Notes: generated from the sequence alone by a model not told the origin. Shown: positions 1-10,462, numbered from the stretch's first letter. The stretch is DNA of 64,000 nt from Planctomycetota bacterium (GCA_965223845.1 CBDCXR010000004.1:3328001-3392000); one strand, 5' to 3'. Made by a program: numbers and translations.

Positions 1-1
1 C

Positions 2-1438
2 ATGAACAGCGAGATTCTCCGACTGGTGGACACGATCCACCGGGACAAGGATATCGACAAAGAGATCATCTTCGAGGGCGTCGAGCAGTGCATCGAGACC
101 GCCGTCCGGAGGAAGCTAGGCGAGGAATGCGACGTTCGCGTCGCGATCGACCGCGAGTCCGGCGAGACGACGGTGTACCAGGACGGCGAGGAGATTCCGA
201 TCTCCGACCTCGGTCGTCTGGCCGCCCTTCAGGGGAAGCAGGTCCTTCTGCAAAAGATTCGCGAGGCTGAGCGCGACCGCATCTTCGACGAGTACGAGGC
301 GAAGATCGGCAAGCTCGTCACGGGCGTCGTGCAACGGATCGAGGGGCCGAACCTCATCATCAATCTCGGCGGCGGTCGAGTCGAAGGGATCCTTCCGCGG
401 AGCGAGCAGGCTCCGGGCGAGCGCTTCCGGGTCGGCGAGCGCATCAAAGTGCTCCTCGCCGATGTGCGGAAGAACCATCGCGTCCGGATCACGCTTTCGC
501 GCGGGCACCCGGATCTCGTCCGCGCGCTCTTCGAGCTCGAGGTGCCCGAGATCGCCGAGAAGGTGATCGAAATCATGAACATCGTCCGCGAGCCCGGCTA
601 CCGGACGAAGATCGCGGTGACGACCTACGACCGAAACGTCGACTGCGTCGGTGCGTGCGTCGGGGTACGGGGATCGCGCATCAAGAATATCGTCGACGAG
701 CTCTTCGGCGAACGGATCGACATCGTTCGCTGGAACGAGTCGATCGAGGTGCTGATCATGAACGCACTCCAGCCGGCCGAGATCACGACGATGGATCTCG
801 ACTACGACGAGAAGCGCGCGGCGGTCTACGTTCGTCCGGACATGCAGTCGATCGCGATCGGAAAGCGCGGTCAGAACGTCCGTCTCGCGTCGAAGCTTTC
901 GGGGTGGGAGCTCGACATCGTCACGGTCTCCGAAGAGGACATCGAGCGCCTGCGCAAGGGCGAGATGCCGATTCAGCCGGCCGCGGACGGCGAAACCGCC
1001 GCGGAAGCGCCGGCGGAGGGGGCCGCGGCGGACGCCGCAGAAGGAACGGAGTCGGCCGCTCCGGTCGACGAGACCGGCGAGGCGGCGATCCGTTCGGAAG
1101 ATGGCGGTACGGAAGATGGTGACGCCGGTGCGCCCGCGCAAGCGGGCGAGTCGCCCGCGGCCACTCTCCCGTCCTCGGAGGAAGGGGACGGCGCCGCGAC
1201 GTCCGAGAGCGATGCGTCGAGCGATGCAGAGCCCGCCGTCGCGAGCGGGGATGCGTCCGAATCGTCTCCGCCGGGAGACGCTGCCACCGAAACCGTCGAT
1301 GGGGAGGTCGGCGCCGATGGGGAAGAGCCCCGTCCCGACGAACCGAGCGAAGAAGCCGGGGAGAGTGAATCAGAAACCAGCCCGGAAGAGTCGCCGAACG
1401 CGGAAGAGGAAGACGCCGCGGAAGAGCTTCGTAGATAG
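2..1438 (+). CDS. nusA: Transcription termination/antitermination factor NusA with long acidic low-complexity C-terminal tail
   Basis: N-terminal domain, S1 (GKLVTGVVQR...EGILPRSEQ), KH motifs (REPGYRTKIAV, GACVGVRGSRIKNIVDEL, AIGKRGQNVRLASKLSGW); directly upstream of infB. Confidence 0.97.
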   Translation: MNSEILRLVDTIHRDKDIDKEIIFEGVEQCIETAVRRKLGEECDVRVAIDRESGETTVYQDGEEIPISDLGRLAALQGKQVLLQKIREAERDRIFDEYEAKIGKLVTGVVQRIEGPNLIINLGGGRVEGILPRSEQAPGERFRVGERIKVLLADVRKNHRVRITLSRGHPDLVRALFELEVPEIAEKVIEIMNIVREPGYRTKIAVTTYDRNVDCVGACVGVRGSRIKNIVDELFGERIDIVRWNESIEVLIMNALQPAEITTMDLDYDEKRAAVYVRPDMQSIAIGKRGQNVRLASKLSGWELDIVTVSEEDIERLRKGEMPIQPAADGETAAEAPAEGAAADAAEGTESAAPVDETGEAAIRSEDGGTEDGDAGAPAQAGESPAATLPSSEEGDGAATSESDASSDAEPAVASGDASESSPPGDAATETVDGEVGADGEEPRPDEPSEEAGESESETSPEESPNAEEEDAAEELRR

Positions 1439-1552
1439 CCACGGGAGAGCTTCGTAGATCACCGTCGATCGACGAAGAGACCGCTCCCTCCGAGGGGGCG
1501 AAACCGTCCACTCAAATTTAGCCAGCGCAGCGCAGGGACTTTAGGAGCCACC

Positions 1553-3847
1553 TTGGGAGTTCGGATCTTCAAGCTCGCCAAAGAGCTCGACATGACGAGC
1601 AAGGATCTCATCGCGTTCCTGCAGACGCAGGGTCGACCGGTGAAGAGCCATATGTCGACGATCGACGAGTCGGTGGCGAACATTCTGCGCGATCGTCTGC
1701 GACCGAAGTCTGCGCCGTCCGGGACGGGAAGTAGCGAGAAGAAAGCCGCGGGTGGAACCGCGAGATCGGGCACGCAGACCACCGGCTCCGACGCGTCCGC
1801 GGGCACCCGGGGACGGCCAGCTGCGGCTGCCGCTGCAGCCGGAGCCCCGGCAGCTCGGCGCGGCGGCACATCGGGCGACTCCGACGCCGGCGGAGACCGG
1901 GGGAAGGGGACCCAGCGGCGTGACGGCGGTCGCGAGCGGCGCGTTCGCATCTTCGTCCAGGACGGTGGCGTCGACGACGGCTACCTCCCGGGCGGGGGCC
2001 GACGCCGTCCGGTCGGGCGGCGACCGCGCCGGGGCGGGCGCGGAGGCGCTGCGGTCGCGGTGGAACGACCGAAGAGCGTCGAGATCACTCTCCCCGCAAC
2101 GGCCAAGGATCTCTCCGCGGCGACGACGATCCGCGTGAACGACATCGTGAAAACGCTCATGACGCACGGCCAGATGGTCCCGGCGAACGCGTTCCTCGAT
2201 GAAGATCAGATCACGCTCATCTGCCTCGAGTACGAGATCGACGTCACGTTTAAGAAAAAGGAACAAGAGAGCGCCGAGTTCCTCGAAGAGCTCTCGCAGC
2301 AGACCGTCGACGAGGCGGAACTCGAGCTGCGAGCGCCGGTCGTCACCTTCATGGGTCACGTCGACCACGGTAAGACATCGCTTCTCGATTACATCCGGAA
2401 GACGACCGTAACCGACTCCGAGGCCGGCGGGATCACCCAGCACCTCGGTGCCTACCGGGTCGACCACGGCGACTCGCACGTCGTCTTTATCGATACCCCG
2501 GGTCACCAGGCATTCACCGAGATGCGCGCTCGCGGCGCGAACGTCACCGATATCGCGGTGCTCGTCGTCGCGGCGGACGACGGCGTGAAGCCGCAGACGG
2601 TCGAGGCGTACAACCACGCGAAAGCCGCGGAAGTGCCGGTCGTCGTCGCGCTCAACAAGATCGATCGCCCCAACGCGAACGCGATGCGCGCGAAGCAGCA
2701 GCTCTCCGAGCTCGGTCTTCAGCCCGTCGAGTGGGGTGGTGACACCGAAGTCGTCGACGTCTCGGCGATCACCGGGCAGGGAATCGACTCGCTCGTCGAG
2801 ACGCTTTCCCTCACCGCGGAAATCCTCGAGCTCAAGGCGAACTCCCAACGAAGCGCTCTCGGCACGGTGATCGAGGCGGCGGCGACGACGAGCCGCGGGG
2901 TGGTCGCCACCATCCTCGTCCAGGACGGCACGCTGAAGAGAGGCGACTACGTCGTTTGCGGCGCCGCGCACGGCCGTGTGCGGAGCATGGTCGTGAACGG
3001 CGACGAGACGACGGAGACTGCCGGGCCGTCGACGCCGGTGCAGATCACGGGACTCAACGCCGCCCCGGCTGCGGGCGAGCGTCTCTACGCGGTCGAGGAT
3101 GCCAACAAGGCTCGCGACATCGCGGAGGAGCGCGAGCGAGAAGCTCGCGAGGAGGAACGAGCTCGCCGGCAGCAGAAGCCGGTCACCCTCGAAACTCTTT
3201 TCGACGAGATTCAGCAGAAGACCGAGGAGACGGTGCAGACGCTGGGCCTCATTCTCAAGGCGGACGTCCAAGGATCGAGCGAAGCTCTCCGCTCGTCGCT
3301 AGAGAACTTGTCGACCGACGAAGTGAAGGTCCAGATTCTCCACAGCGGGGTCGGCGGGGTGACGCAGGACGACGTATCGCTCGCCGACGCGTCGGGTGCC
3401 ATCGTGATCGGATTCCACGTGGGCGCCGACGAACGGGCCCGAGCGCTCGCCGAAGACCGCGGCGTCGAAATCCGGATCTATCAGATCATCTATGAGGCCA
3501 TCGCCGACGTGAAGGCGGCGATGGAGTCGCGCCTCCGACCGGAGTTCGAAGAAGAGATCCGCGGACACGCGGAGATTCGCCAAGTCTACCGCGCGTCCAA
3601 GATCGGAAATATCGCCGGCTGTTTCGTCACCGACGGCACGATTCAGCGCTCCGACAAGGTGCGCCTCCTCCGCGAGGGACGAATCGTCTACACGGGTGAC
3701 CTCGGATCGCTCAAGCGGTTCAAGGACGACGTCAAAGAGGTGCGCGAGGGCTTCGAGTGCGGTATCAAGATCGCGAAGTTCGACGATATCAAGGAAGGCG
3801 ATTCGATCGAAGCCTTCCACCTTATCGAGAAGCGACGGACGATTTAG
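1553..3847 (+). CDS. infB: Translation initiation factor IF-2 (TTG start)
   Basis: IF2_N (RIFKLAKEL), GTPase motifs [32 protein letters not shown]-terminal [12 protein letters not shown]...ECGI; AGGAG RBS before TTG. Confidence 0.98.
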   Translation: MGVRIFKLAKELDMTSKDLIAFLQTQGRPVKSHMSTIDESVANILRDRLRPKSAPSGTGSSEKKAAGGTARSGTQTTGSDASAGTRGRPAAAAAAAGAPAARRGGTSGDSDAGGDRGKGTQRRDGGRERRVRIFVQDGGVDDGYLPGGGRRRPVGRRPRRGGRGGAAVAVERPKSVEITLPATAKDLSAATTIRVNDIVKTLMTHGQMVPANAFLDEDQITLICLEYEIDVTFKKKEQESAEFLEELSQQTVDEAELELRAPVVTFMGHVDHGKTSLLDYIRKTTVTDSEAGGITQHLGAYRVDHGDSHVVFIDTPGHQAFTEMRARGANVTDIAVLVVAADDGVKPQTVEAYNHAKAAEVPVVVALNKIDRPNANAMRAKQQLSELGLQPVEWGGDTEVVDVSAITGQGIDSLVETLSLTAEILELKANSQRSALGTVIEAAATTSRGVVATILVQDGTLKRGDYVVCGAAHGRVRSMVVNGDETTETAGPSTPVQITGLNAAPAAGERLYAVEDANKARDIAEEREREAREEERARRQQKPVTLETLFDEIQQKTEETVQTLGLILKADVQGSSEALRSSLENLSTDEVKVQILHSGVGGVTQDDVSLADASGAIVIGFHVGADERARALAEDRGVEIRIYQIIYEAIADVKAAMESRLRPEFEEEIRGHAEIRQVYRASKIGNIAGCFVTDGTIQRSDKVRLLREGRIVYTGDLGSLKRFKDDVKEVREGFECGIKIAKFDDIKEGDSIEAFHLIEKRRTI

Positions 3848-3896
3848 AGACTCGGCCAGCGCGACGCGCTGGCCGAGTCTCTAAATCGATTTTCTT
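3840..3896 (+). terminator. Long perfect stem-loop plus T-rich tail overlapping the infB stop codon (intrinsic-terminator-like)
   Basis: CGATTTAGAGACTCGGCCAGCGCG (3840-3863) is the exact reverse complement of 3865-3888, followed by ATTTTCTT. Confidence 0.6.
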
Positions 3897-4652
3897 AGGG
3901 GTCTTTCGCGAAGACCCCTCGTCGTTCCGAAACCGGAACGACTTCACCCCAACGAGCTCGCCTCCGGCTCGGAATGCGACTCACCGCGCGAACTCGACGA
4001 CCCGCGACGCGCTCGCCGAGTCTCTAAATCGATTCTTTTAGGGGTCTTTCGCGAAGACCCCTCGTCGTTCCGAAACCGGAACGACTTCACCCCAACGAGA
4101 TCGCCTCCGGCTCGGAATGCGACTCACTGCGCGAACTCGACGACCCGCGTCGCGCTGGCCGAGTCTCTAAATCGATTTTCTTAGGGGTCTTTCGCGAAGA
4201 CCCCTCGTCGTTCCGAAACCGGAACGACTTCACCCCAACGAGCTCGCCTCCGGCTCGGAATGCGACTCACCGCGCGAACTCGACGACCCGCGACGCGCTC
4301 GCCGAGCCTCGACATCGATTTTCTTAGGGGTCTCTCGCGAAGACCCCTCGTCGGTCCGAAACCGGAACGACTTCACCCCAACGAGCTCGCCTCCGGCTCG
4401 GGATGCGACTCACCGCGCGAACTCGACGACCCGCGACGCGCTCGCCGAGCCTCTACATCGATTTTCTTAGGGGTCTTTCGCGAAAACCCCTCGTCGGTCC
4501 GAAACCGGAACGACTTCACCCCAACGAGATCGCCTCCGGCTCGGGACGCGACTCACCGCGCGCCGCACTCGCCAAGTCGCTGAATCGATTGTAGCGGCCT
4601 TTCGCGAGGACCCCTCGTCGGTCCGAAAGCGGAACGATTTCACCCCGACGAG
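3865..4652. repeat. Tandem array 1: 143-bp multi-hairpin unit, about 5.5 copies
   Basis: Unit starts at 3865, 4008, 4151, 4294, 4437 (exact 143-bp period) plus a shortened, degenerate copy from about 4564; no unique spacers. Confidence 0.95.
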
Positions 4653-4853
4653 CTTGTCTCTCCCCCCTCCGTCGGACGAACTCGCCCGCGGCTCGGAGCT
4701 CTCCTTCGCGGCTCCACCTCTTCCTTCGCGCCCTTCCCCAACCCTTCGTGTGAAATCCTCCCCGCGAGCTCGCCAGCCAGCTCCGGCCTTGCGACCCCAC
4801 CGCTCGGAGACGACACTCTTCTGGGTGTGACCCTCGACCCTTCGGAGAACCCC

Positions 4854-5234
4854 GTGCCCGATCATTCGCCCCGAACTTCGCGTCGGCTGCGCCGTATCGC
4901 GAGTCGAATGAAGTTCCTCCTCAGCCAAGTCCTCCAAAACGAAGTCAGCGACCCGCGCATCGGCTTTCTCACCGTGCTCGATGTCGAGCCGACAGTGGAT
5001 CTCAAAGAAGCGAAGGTCTACCTCTCGATTCTCGGCGGCGAAGGAGATCGCTCGAAGGCCGAACACGCTCTCGCGAGCGCACGCGGCTACATCCAACGCG
5101 AGGTTGGCAAGGGACTTGAAACGCGGAATACGCCTGTTCTACGATTCGTTTTCGATGACTCGAGGGACCAGGTAGCCCGCTTGGAATCCCTCATCGACGA
5201 GACCGCTCGAGAAGGCCGGGAGACTAAGGAATGA
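4854..5234 (+). CDS. rbfA: Ribosome-binding factor A
   Basis: R..RIAS....LSQVL..EVSDPRIGFLTV..VE.TVDLKEAKVYLS...ASARGYIQREVGK.LETRNTPVLRF.FD; canonical position after infB; GTG 4854 with GGAG upstream chosen as start. Confidence 0.93.
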   Translation: MPDHSPRTSRRLRRIASRMKFLLSQVLQNEVSDPRIGFLTVLDVEPTVDLKEAKVYLSILGGEGDRSKAEHALASARGYIQREVGKGLETRNTPVLRFVFDDSRDQVARLESLIDETAREGRETKE

Positions 5235-5767
5235 CTGCGGTGGAATGGGTGCTCGCGCCGGCCGATCTCGGGGCTTCGGATACCGATGCCGACGCATCGC
5301 TCGCTCTGCGGATGCGAGACGAAATCTTGTGGCGAGACGGCCGGTGCTGCGGTGAACCGGCGCTCGGACTGACGGGCGTGCCCGCCCGCGACTCGTTCGA
5401 CGTCGTTCAGGCTCGGGGCGACGACGAGGATGAAGAGGACGACGACTACTACGAGGAAGACGAGGACGACGACTTCGAGGACGAATTCGACGAAGGTGAC
5501 CTCGAGGACGATGACTACGAAGAGGACGACGAGGATTTCGACGACGACCTCGAAGAAGATGACGACGATCTAGACGACGACTTCGGTGATGTCGACGAAG
5601 AGGACGATCTAGACGACGAAGAGGACGATCTAGACGACGAGGAAGACGACGGAGACTTCGGCTTCGAGGACGACGAGGAAGACGACGAGGGCGAAGACGA
5701 CGACTTCGACTACGAAGAGGACGACGAAGAGGACGACGACTTCGAGTACGAAGAAGAAGACGAGTGA
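5231..5767 (+). CDS. Extremely acidic (Asp/Glu-rich) disordered protein
   Basis: ATGA overlap with the rbfA stop, AAGGA RBS; about 115 C-terminal residues are mostly D/E with host-like GAC/GAG codons; internal 21-bp tandem duplication at 5594-5635. Confidence 0.75.
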   Translation: MTAVEWVLAPADLGASDTDADASLALRMRDEILWRDGRCCGEPALGLTGVPARDSFDVVQARGDDEDEEDDDYYEEDEDDDFEDEFDEGDLEDDDYEEDDEDFDDDLEEDDDDLDDDFGDVDEEDDLDDEEDDLDDEEDDGDFGFEDDEEDDEGEDDDFDYEEDDEEDDDFEYEEEDE

Positions 5768-5956
5768 CTGCGTCCCGTCGTCGGTCGCTCGCTCGAGTTT
5801 ACTTCCCGGAGCGCGCTCACGGACGTCGAAAGCCCCCCGGCTGCCGCACCATGCGGAGCTCGGCCGAGCTCGAGTCTAGACCCCGCACAAAGGCGATTCC
5901 TCCGAACGACGCTCGTTTCGAGTGAACCGCGCGGCGTTTGAACTCGTGCTTGTGCG

Positions 5957-7354
5957 TCAGGGATACGACGCGACGCGGTTCTTACCCTGCCTCTTCGCCT
6001 TGAAGAGCGCGATGTCGGCCGACTGGAGGAGATCGTTCTCATCCTGATCGGCGAGGAGCGTGCTCACTCCCACACTCACGGTGACCGTCGTGCCGTCCTC
6101 CCCCTCGAGCTCGCTCACCGAGAAGGGATACCGCGCCACGGATTCGACGAGCTTGTCGGCGGCCTTACGGGCCATCGCGGCGTCGGTTTCCGGCAGCAGG
6201 ATGACGAACTCGTCGCCGCCGTAGCGACAGACAACGTCGGTCTCGCGGAAGGTTTCGGCCAAGACCGCCGCGATTTCCTTGAGAACCTGGTCGCCCTGGA
6301 GGTGACCGTGGGCGTCGTTCACCTGTTTGAAGCTGTCGAGGTCGACGAAGACGAGCGAAACGTCGCGTGCGTAGCGAATCGAGCGCTCGACCTCGGCGTG
6401 AAGACGCACCATGAACTGACGCCGGTTGAAGGTTCCGGTGAGCGGATCGATGATCGACTGGCGCTTGATCTCCCGGCTGAGGCGTAGGTTCTCGATGAGG
6501 AGGCCGATGATGTCGCCGAGCGCGCCGAGGAAGTCTTTCTGAAGCTCGCTCACGCGCCCCAGACTCGTGAAGTACTCTCTTTCCTGCTCGTACGGAAGGA
6601 CCTCGCAGAAGCCGAGCAGGTTCCCGTGGCAAGTCAATCGAACGATCATCCTCCCCTCGTGCTCCCCCACCGCCACGTCGCCGAAGAGAAACTCGCGGAG
6701 AACGGGCGTATCAGCGAGCGGAACCGGAACCGGTTCGACTTCGCGTGTCGAGTAGGCGACGCGGAGCTCGTCACCAGCGAGGAGATAGAACGTGACCTCG
6801 CGGTATCCGAGACTCGTCGTCTGCGTGAGAATGCGAGCGGCGTCGGCGAACAGCTCGTTCTCGTTGGCGGCGCCGAGAAGATCGCGCGTGATGACCGGCG
6901 TCCACTTGATCTTCTCGGATAGGTGATACACCCGGAGGGACGATTGGATCGCCGCGGACGCCCGTCCCTTCTGCTCCTCGACTTCGCGCCGCAACCGCTC
7001 GAGAACGGAGCTCTCGTGGCCGCAGTCACGGGCGTAGACGACGACGAGAGCACGCTGTTTCCAGCGCACTCGCCGGAACCGGAATTCAGCGGAGAGATCC
7101 TCACCGTGAGGACGCAAGATCTCGCCGGAGACGGTGAGGTCGAGCCCGGGTTCGTCTCGTTGAAGAAACGCGTCGACGACCGACGGCTCGATGACGCGGA
7201 CGATGCGCGACCAGTGCCAAGGCCGCTGCTCGAAATCGGTTACCGTCGCGTCGATGAGACGGAGAAACTGCTCGTTGAGGCCGAGGATCGTGCCGGATTC
7301 GGCGTCGCAGAACGCGGCGGGGAACGGGAGGCACGTTCCGAGGAGGAGGGCCAT
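5957..7354 (-). CDS. Diguanylate cyclase (PAS-like and GAF-like sensors + GGDEF)
   Basis: DPLTGTFNRR, FVDLDSFKQVND.HGH..GD.VL, I-site RETD, RYGGDEF, ADIALFKAKRQGKNRV; start uncertain (frame open to 7636). Confidence 0.9.
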   Translation of the reverse strand: MALLLGTCLPFPAAFCDAESGTILGLNEQFLRLIDATVTDFEQRPWHWSRIVRVIEPSVVDAFLQRDEPGLDLTVSGEILRPHGEDLSAEFRFRRVRWKQRALVVVYARDCGHESSVLERLRREVEEQKGRASAAIQSSLRVYHLSEKIKWTPVITRDLLGAANENELFADAARILTQTTSLGYREVTFYLLAGDELRVAYSTREVEPVPVPLADTPVLREFLFGDVAVGEHEGRMIVRLTCHGNLLGFCEVLPYEQEREYFTSLGRVSELQKDFLGALGDIIGLLIENLRLSREIKRQSIIDPLTGTFNRRQFMVRLHAEVERSIRYARDVSLVFVDLDSFKQVNDAHGHLQGDQVLKEIAAVLAETFRETDVVCRYGGDEFVILLPETDAAMARKAADKLVESVARYPFSVSELEGEDGTTVTVSVGVSTLLADQDENDLLQSADIALFKAKRQGKNRVASYP

Positions 7355-8203
7355 TTCGTCGCCGGTAAAGCACGACGACACCGCGAGCGGGAGATTCCCG
7401 TCGGAGACGACCGGGCCGGAGTGGAGTACGCTCGATTTCGCCTGGCTCAAGGTGCGCAACCCTCGATTCGTGGAGCGCAGCCACGGGGCCCGAGCAGCGG
7501 GAAGCGGGGACATCCCGCCGTGCCTCGCGGTTCGATTCTCGCGGAAGCCCACCGGCTGTCCGGCGGAGCTCGTGCGAGCCCGGAGAGTGCGCCGTCGAAG
7601 TATACCTCGGTGTTCGAAAGCTAGCCGCCCGCGCACGATGACTCCGAGTCGAGGACCCTCTCGTCGGCGTTTCGATCGGCCGGGATGGAAGAACGGAATC
7701 CCCGGGTATTCGCGGAAGTACGCGGCCCGCCGGGCGCGAACTCGCGTAGTTCTCGGCGGGATGAGTCTCGTTCGGGTAGTCCCGTTCGCGTCGGGAGTCG
7801 TGGGCCGGAACGACGTTTACGGCCCCGAGAGGGCGGTCTATAATGTCGAGCCCGAGTTCGGGCCGGGACGCGGCGGGGCGCTCCATCTCCTGCTCGAGTG
7901 ACCCTCGAAGTGGTCGACGGATGGCGTCGAAGGCGGTCGCGAGCTCGACGGAACGGCGGTCCAGACTTGACGTCGGGCGCTCGTCCGTCACGCGGCCGAA
8001 GACCGATCGCGACCGCTCCGACGCCGTCCGTCGACCGGCCTCGACTCCGCGAAGCGGACGTCACCGGCCTCGCCGTCGGCCCCCGAGCGGATCGACGCGC
8101 CGCTCCGCGGGATTCCGGGCGCTTCGATAGAACGGTCGCTTCGCTCTAGCGCGTCAGTTCGAGTTCGGTTTCGAGCTCGCCTCTCCCATCGACAGGACAG
8201 TCC

Positions 8204-8935
8204 GTGAAATCAGCCGACAAGATCTCCGCCGCAATCAAGGCGGCCGATAAGTCCGACGCGCACCGAACGACAAGCGTCGCATCCTACCCCGAGACGATCG
8301 TAGAAACCGTCGCGTTTCACCACCTGCACCGCGTGCTGCCCGCGAAGGACGCGCTGCGCAGCTTCCAGCGCTTGAGCGAAGAGTTCGTCGATTGGAACGA
8401 GGTGCGGGTGAGCACGATCAAAGAGATCCGGCAGCAGATCGCCGACGGTCCGGACTCGCTCGACACCGCGGTCTTCATCAAGGACTTCCTCGAGCACGTC
8501 TTCCGCGAACGCCACTCGGTAGATCTCGAGCCGCTCCGCGAAGCGAACATAACGGACGTCCGCAGGGCGCTGAAGCCCGTGCGCGGCATCGATCTCGCGA
8601 CGATCGAGCTCGTCCTTCTCCGCGTCAAATCGCATCCCGTGCTGCCGCTCAACCCGGAGATGGAGGCGCTCGTCGATGCGTCGGGCTTGGTCAAGACCGG
8701 GGATACGCGAGATCGAAAAGCGAAGGCGCTCTTCGAAAAGTGTGCGAGCGAGCGAGTGCTCCTCGTCCACCACTACCTTCTCGATCTCTCCCGTGCGATC
8801 GGACCGATCGAGGATGGTACGTTTAGCGGGGCGAAGACTCAGCTCAAGTCTGCATTGACGGCCCAGATCAAGGGGAGCGGGAAGCGCTCCTCCGGCGGGA
8901 CGAAGCCCAAGTCGAAGAAACCGTCGGCGGTCTAA
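8204..8935 (+). CDS. Endonuclease III / HhH-GPD-like protein, apparently degenerate
   Basis: FVDWNEVRVS motif, DLEPLR...L..VRGID helix-hairpin-helix-like segment; no Fe-S Cys cluster; AGGA RBS before GTG. Confidence 0.55.
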   Translation: MKSADKISAAIKAADKSDAHRTTSVASYPETIVETVAFHHLHRVLPAKDALRSFQRLSEEFVDWNEVRVSTIKEIRQQIADGPDSLDTAVFIKDFLEHVFRERHSVDLEPLREANITDVRRALKPVRGIDLATIELVLLRVKSHPVLPLNPEMEALVDASGLVKTGDTRDRKAKALFEKCASERVLLVHHYLLDLSRAIGPIEDGTFSGAKTQLKSALTAQIKGSGKRSSGGTKPKSKKPSAV

Positions 8936-9127
8936 CGACTAAGGCAGACTGCCCGTTGAAGAACTCATTCGGCCGAGAGCTCGGCGCGATCACGCTCAGC
9001 TTGGCCGCCCGAATCCTCGATAGTCACGGAGATCGTCCGCGTTCGCCGCAGCCGATCTGAACGCAACCGAGCCGGTTCTCGACTCGAAGCATCTTTTTCC
9101 ATCGGACGGCTAAGAGGTCACAACGAA

Positions 9128-9937
9128 ATGGCCGGCCACTCGAAGTGGAACAATATCAAGCACCGCAAAGAGGCGGCGGACAACAAGCGCGGCAAGGTCT
9201 TCTCCAAGATGGCGAAGCTCATCATGGTCGCCGCGCGCGCCGGCGGAGGGAATCCGAACGAGAATCTGCCGCTTCGCTACGCGATCGAGCGGGCGCGCGC
9301 CGAATCGATGCCCAAGGACTCGATCGAGCGCGCCATCAAGAAGGGAACGGGTGAGCTCGAAGCGGACGAGGTCGTCGAGCTGACCTACGAGGGGATCTGC
9401 CCGGGCGGTGTTTCGGTCATCGTGGAGGCCCTCACCGACAACCGCAATCGAACCGGCGGTGAGGTGCGCAACCTGCTCGAGAAGCGCGGTGGCTCGCTCG
9501 GAAAGTCGAACTCCGTCCTGTGGAAGTTCGACCGCCGCGGCGTCCTCGGAGTGCGGGCGGAAGAGGCCGGCGAGGAGGAGCTCTTCGACGTCGGAATCGA
9601 AGCCGGCGCGGAGAACATCGAAGAAGAGGACGGTGTCTTTTACGTGTACTCGAAGACCGACGACTTCGAGAGCGTCCGAGGCGCGCTCCAAGACCTCCTC
9701 GAGAAGAAGCGCGAGCGTCCGGACAAGAAATGGGGCGAGGCGGCGGACGATCGCCCGCTTTTCACCAAGAGCGAGTTTGCTTACTTGCCGCAGAATCCGA
9801 TCGCGCTCGATGCGGCGAAGGCGAAGCAGGTTCTCGACCTGATCGGGGAGCTCGAAGACCACGACGACGTGCAAAACGTCTACAGCGATCTCGATCTGAC
9901 GGACGAGGTGCTGGCCGCCCTCTCGGCCGAGGAGTGA
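9128..9937 (+). CDS. yebC: YebC/PmpR family protein
   Basis: MAGHSKWNNIKHRK, MPKDSIERAI, YEG..PGG, LTDNRNRT, LEDHDDVQNVYS. Confidence 0.96.
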   Translation: MAGHSKWNNIKHRKEAADNKRGKVFSKMAKLIMVAARAGGGNPNENLPLRYAIERARAESMPKDSIERAIKKGTGELEADEVVELTYEGICPGGVSVIVEALTDNRNRTGGEVRNLLEKRGGSLGKSNSVLWKFDRRGVLGVRAEEAGEEELFDVGIEAGAENIEEEDGVFYVYSKTDDFESVRGALQDLLEKKRERPDKKWGEAADDRPLFTKSEFAYLPQNPIALDAAKAKQVLDLIGELEDHDDVQNVYSDLDLTDEVLAALSAEE

Positions 9938-10012
9938 CGGCGGTCGCGAAGCCGCTTCGCCGGTTTTAGCGAACGGACTTGCGCAGGCGCTCTCTCGCTG
10001 CGCCCCGAGCGG

Positions 10013-10462
10013 TCACACGCGAGGCTTTTGCACCAGGAAGTTCGCGTAGTTTTCGATCCGTACGCGATCGTTGTAGGTTTCGTCGAGTTCGTGCCAATGG
10101 CAGACCGACTCCTCGCCGAAAGTCCAGCAGAGGAAGACCTTCCGGCCGTTGTAGAGCGAGGGAAAATTGATGATCCCGCGCTTGAACTCCTCGACGAAGC
10201 AGCCGAGGTCTTCGACTTCGCGGATGTAGGAGTTGATCTTGTCGATCTGAAAATTGAGATCTTGCTTGATGGCTTCGACTCGCGCTTTGCGTTCGTCCGG
10301 CGAGAGGACCTCATCGCCCGCGTCGATTCCCTTCTCGAGGCATTCGAGCTCCGTACGCTTGAAGATGATCGTCTCCCACTTGGTCGTGATGTCTTCGACG
10401 ATCTTCCGGAGGAGCGGGAGCATTCGGTTGCTCTCTTCGATCGATATCAGCCTCGATTCCAT
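10013..10462 (-). CDS. DUF2203 family protein
   Basis: E.NRMLPLL N-terminus, coiled middle, GIINFPS...GRKVFLCW..GE..V.HWHEL pattern. Confidence 0.8.
   Translation of the reverse strand: MESRLISIEESNRMLPLLRKIVEDITTKWETIIFKRTELECLEKGIDAGDEVLSPDERKARVEAIKQDLNFQIDKINSYIREVEDLGCFVEEFKRGIINFPSLYNGRKVFLCWTFGEESVCHWHELDETYNDRVRIENYANFLVQKPRV

Noticed and set aside
3865-4652. Arrays 1 and 2 as CRISPR arrays
   Set aside because: Whole units repeat with no unique spacers, the periods (143/152 bp) are too long, and there are no cas genes in the window
3757-4800. Small ORFs inside array 1 (and 40868-41131 in array 2)
   Set aside because: They are by-products of the repeat: the period is not a multiple of 3 and the products are Arg/Pro-rich
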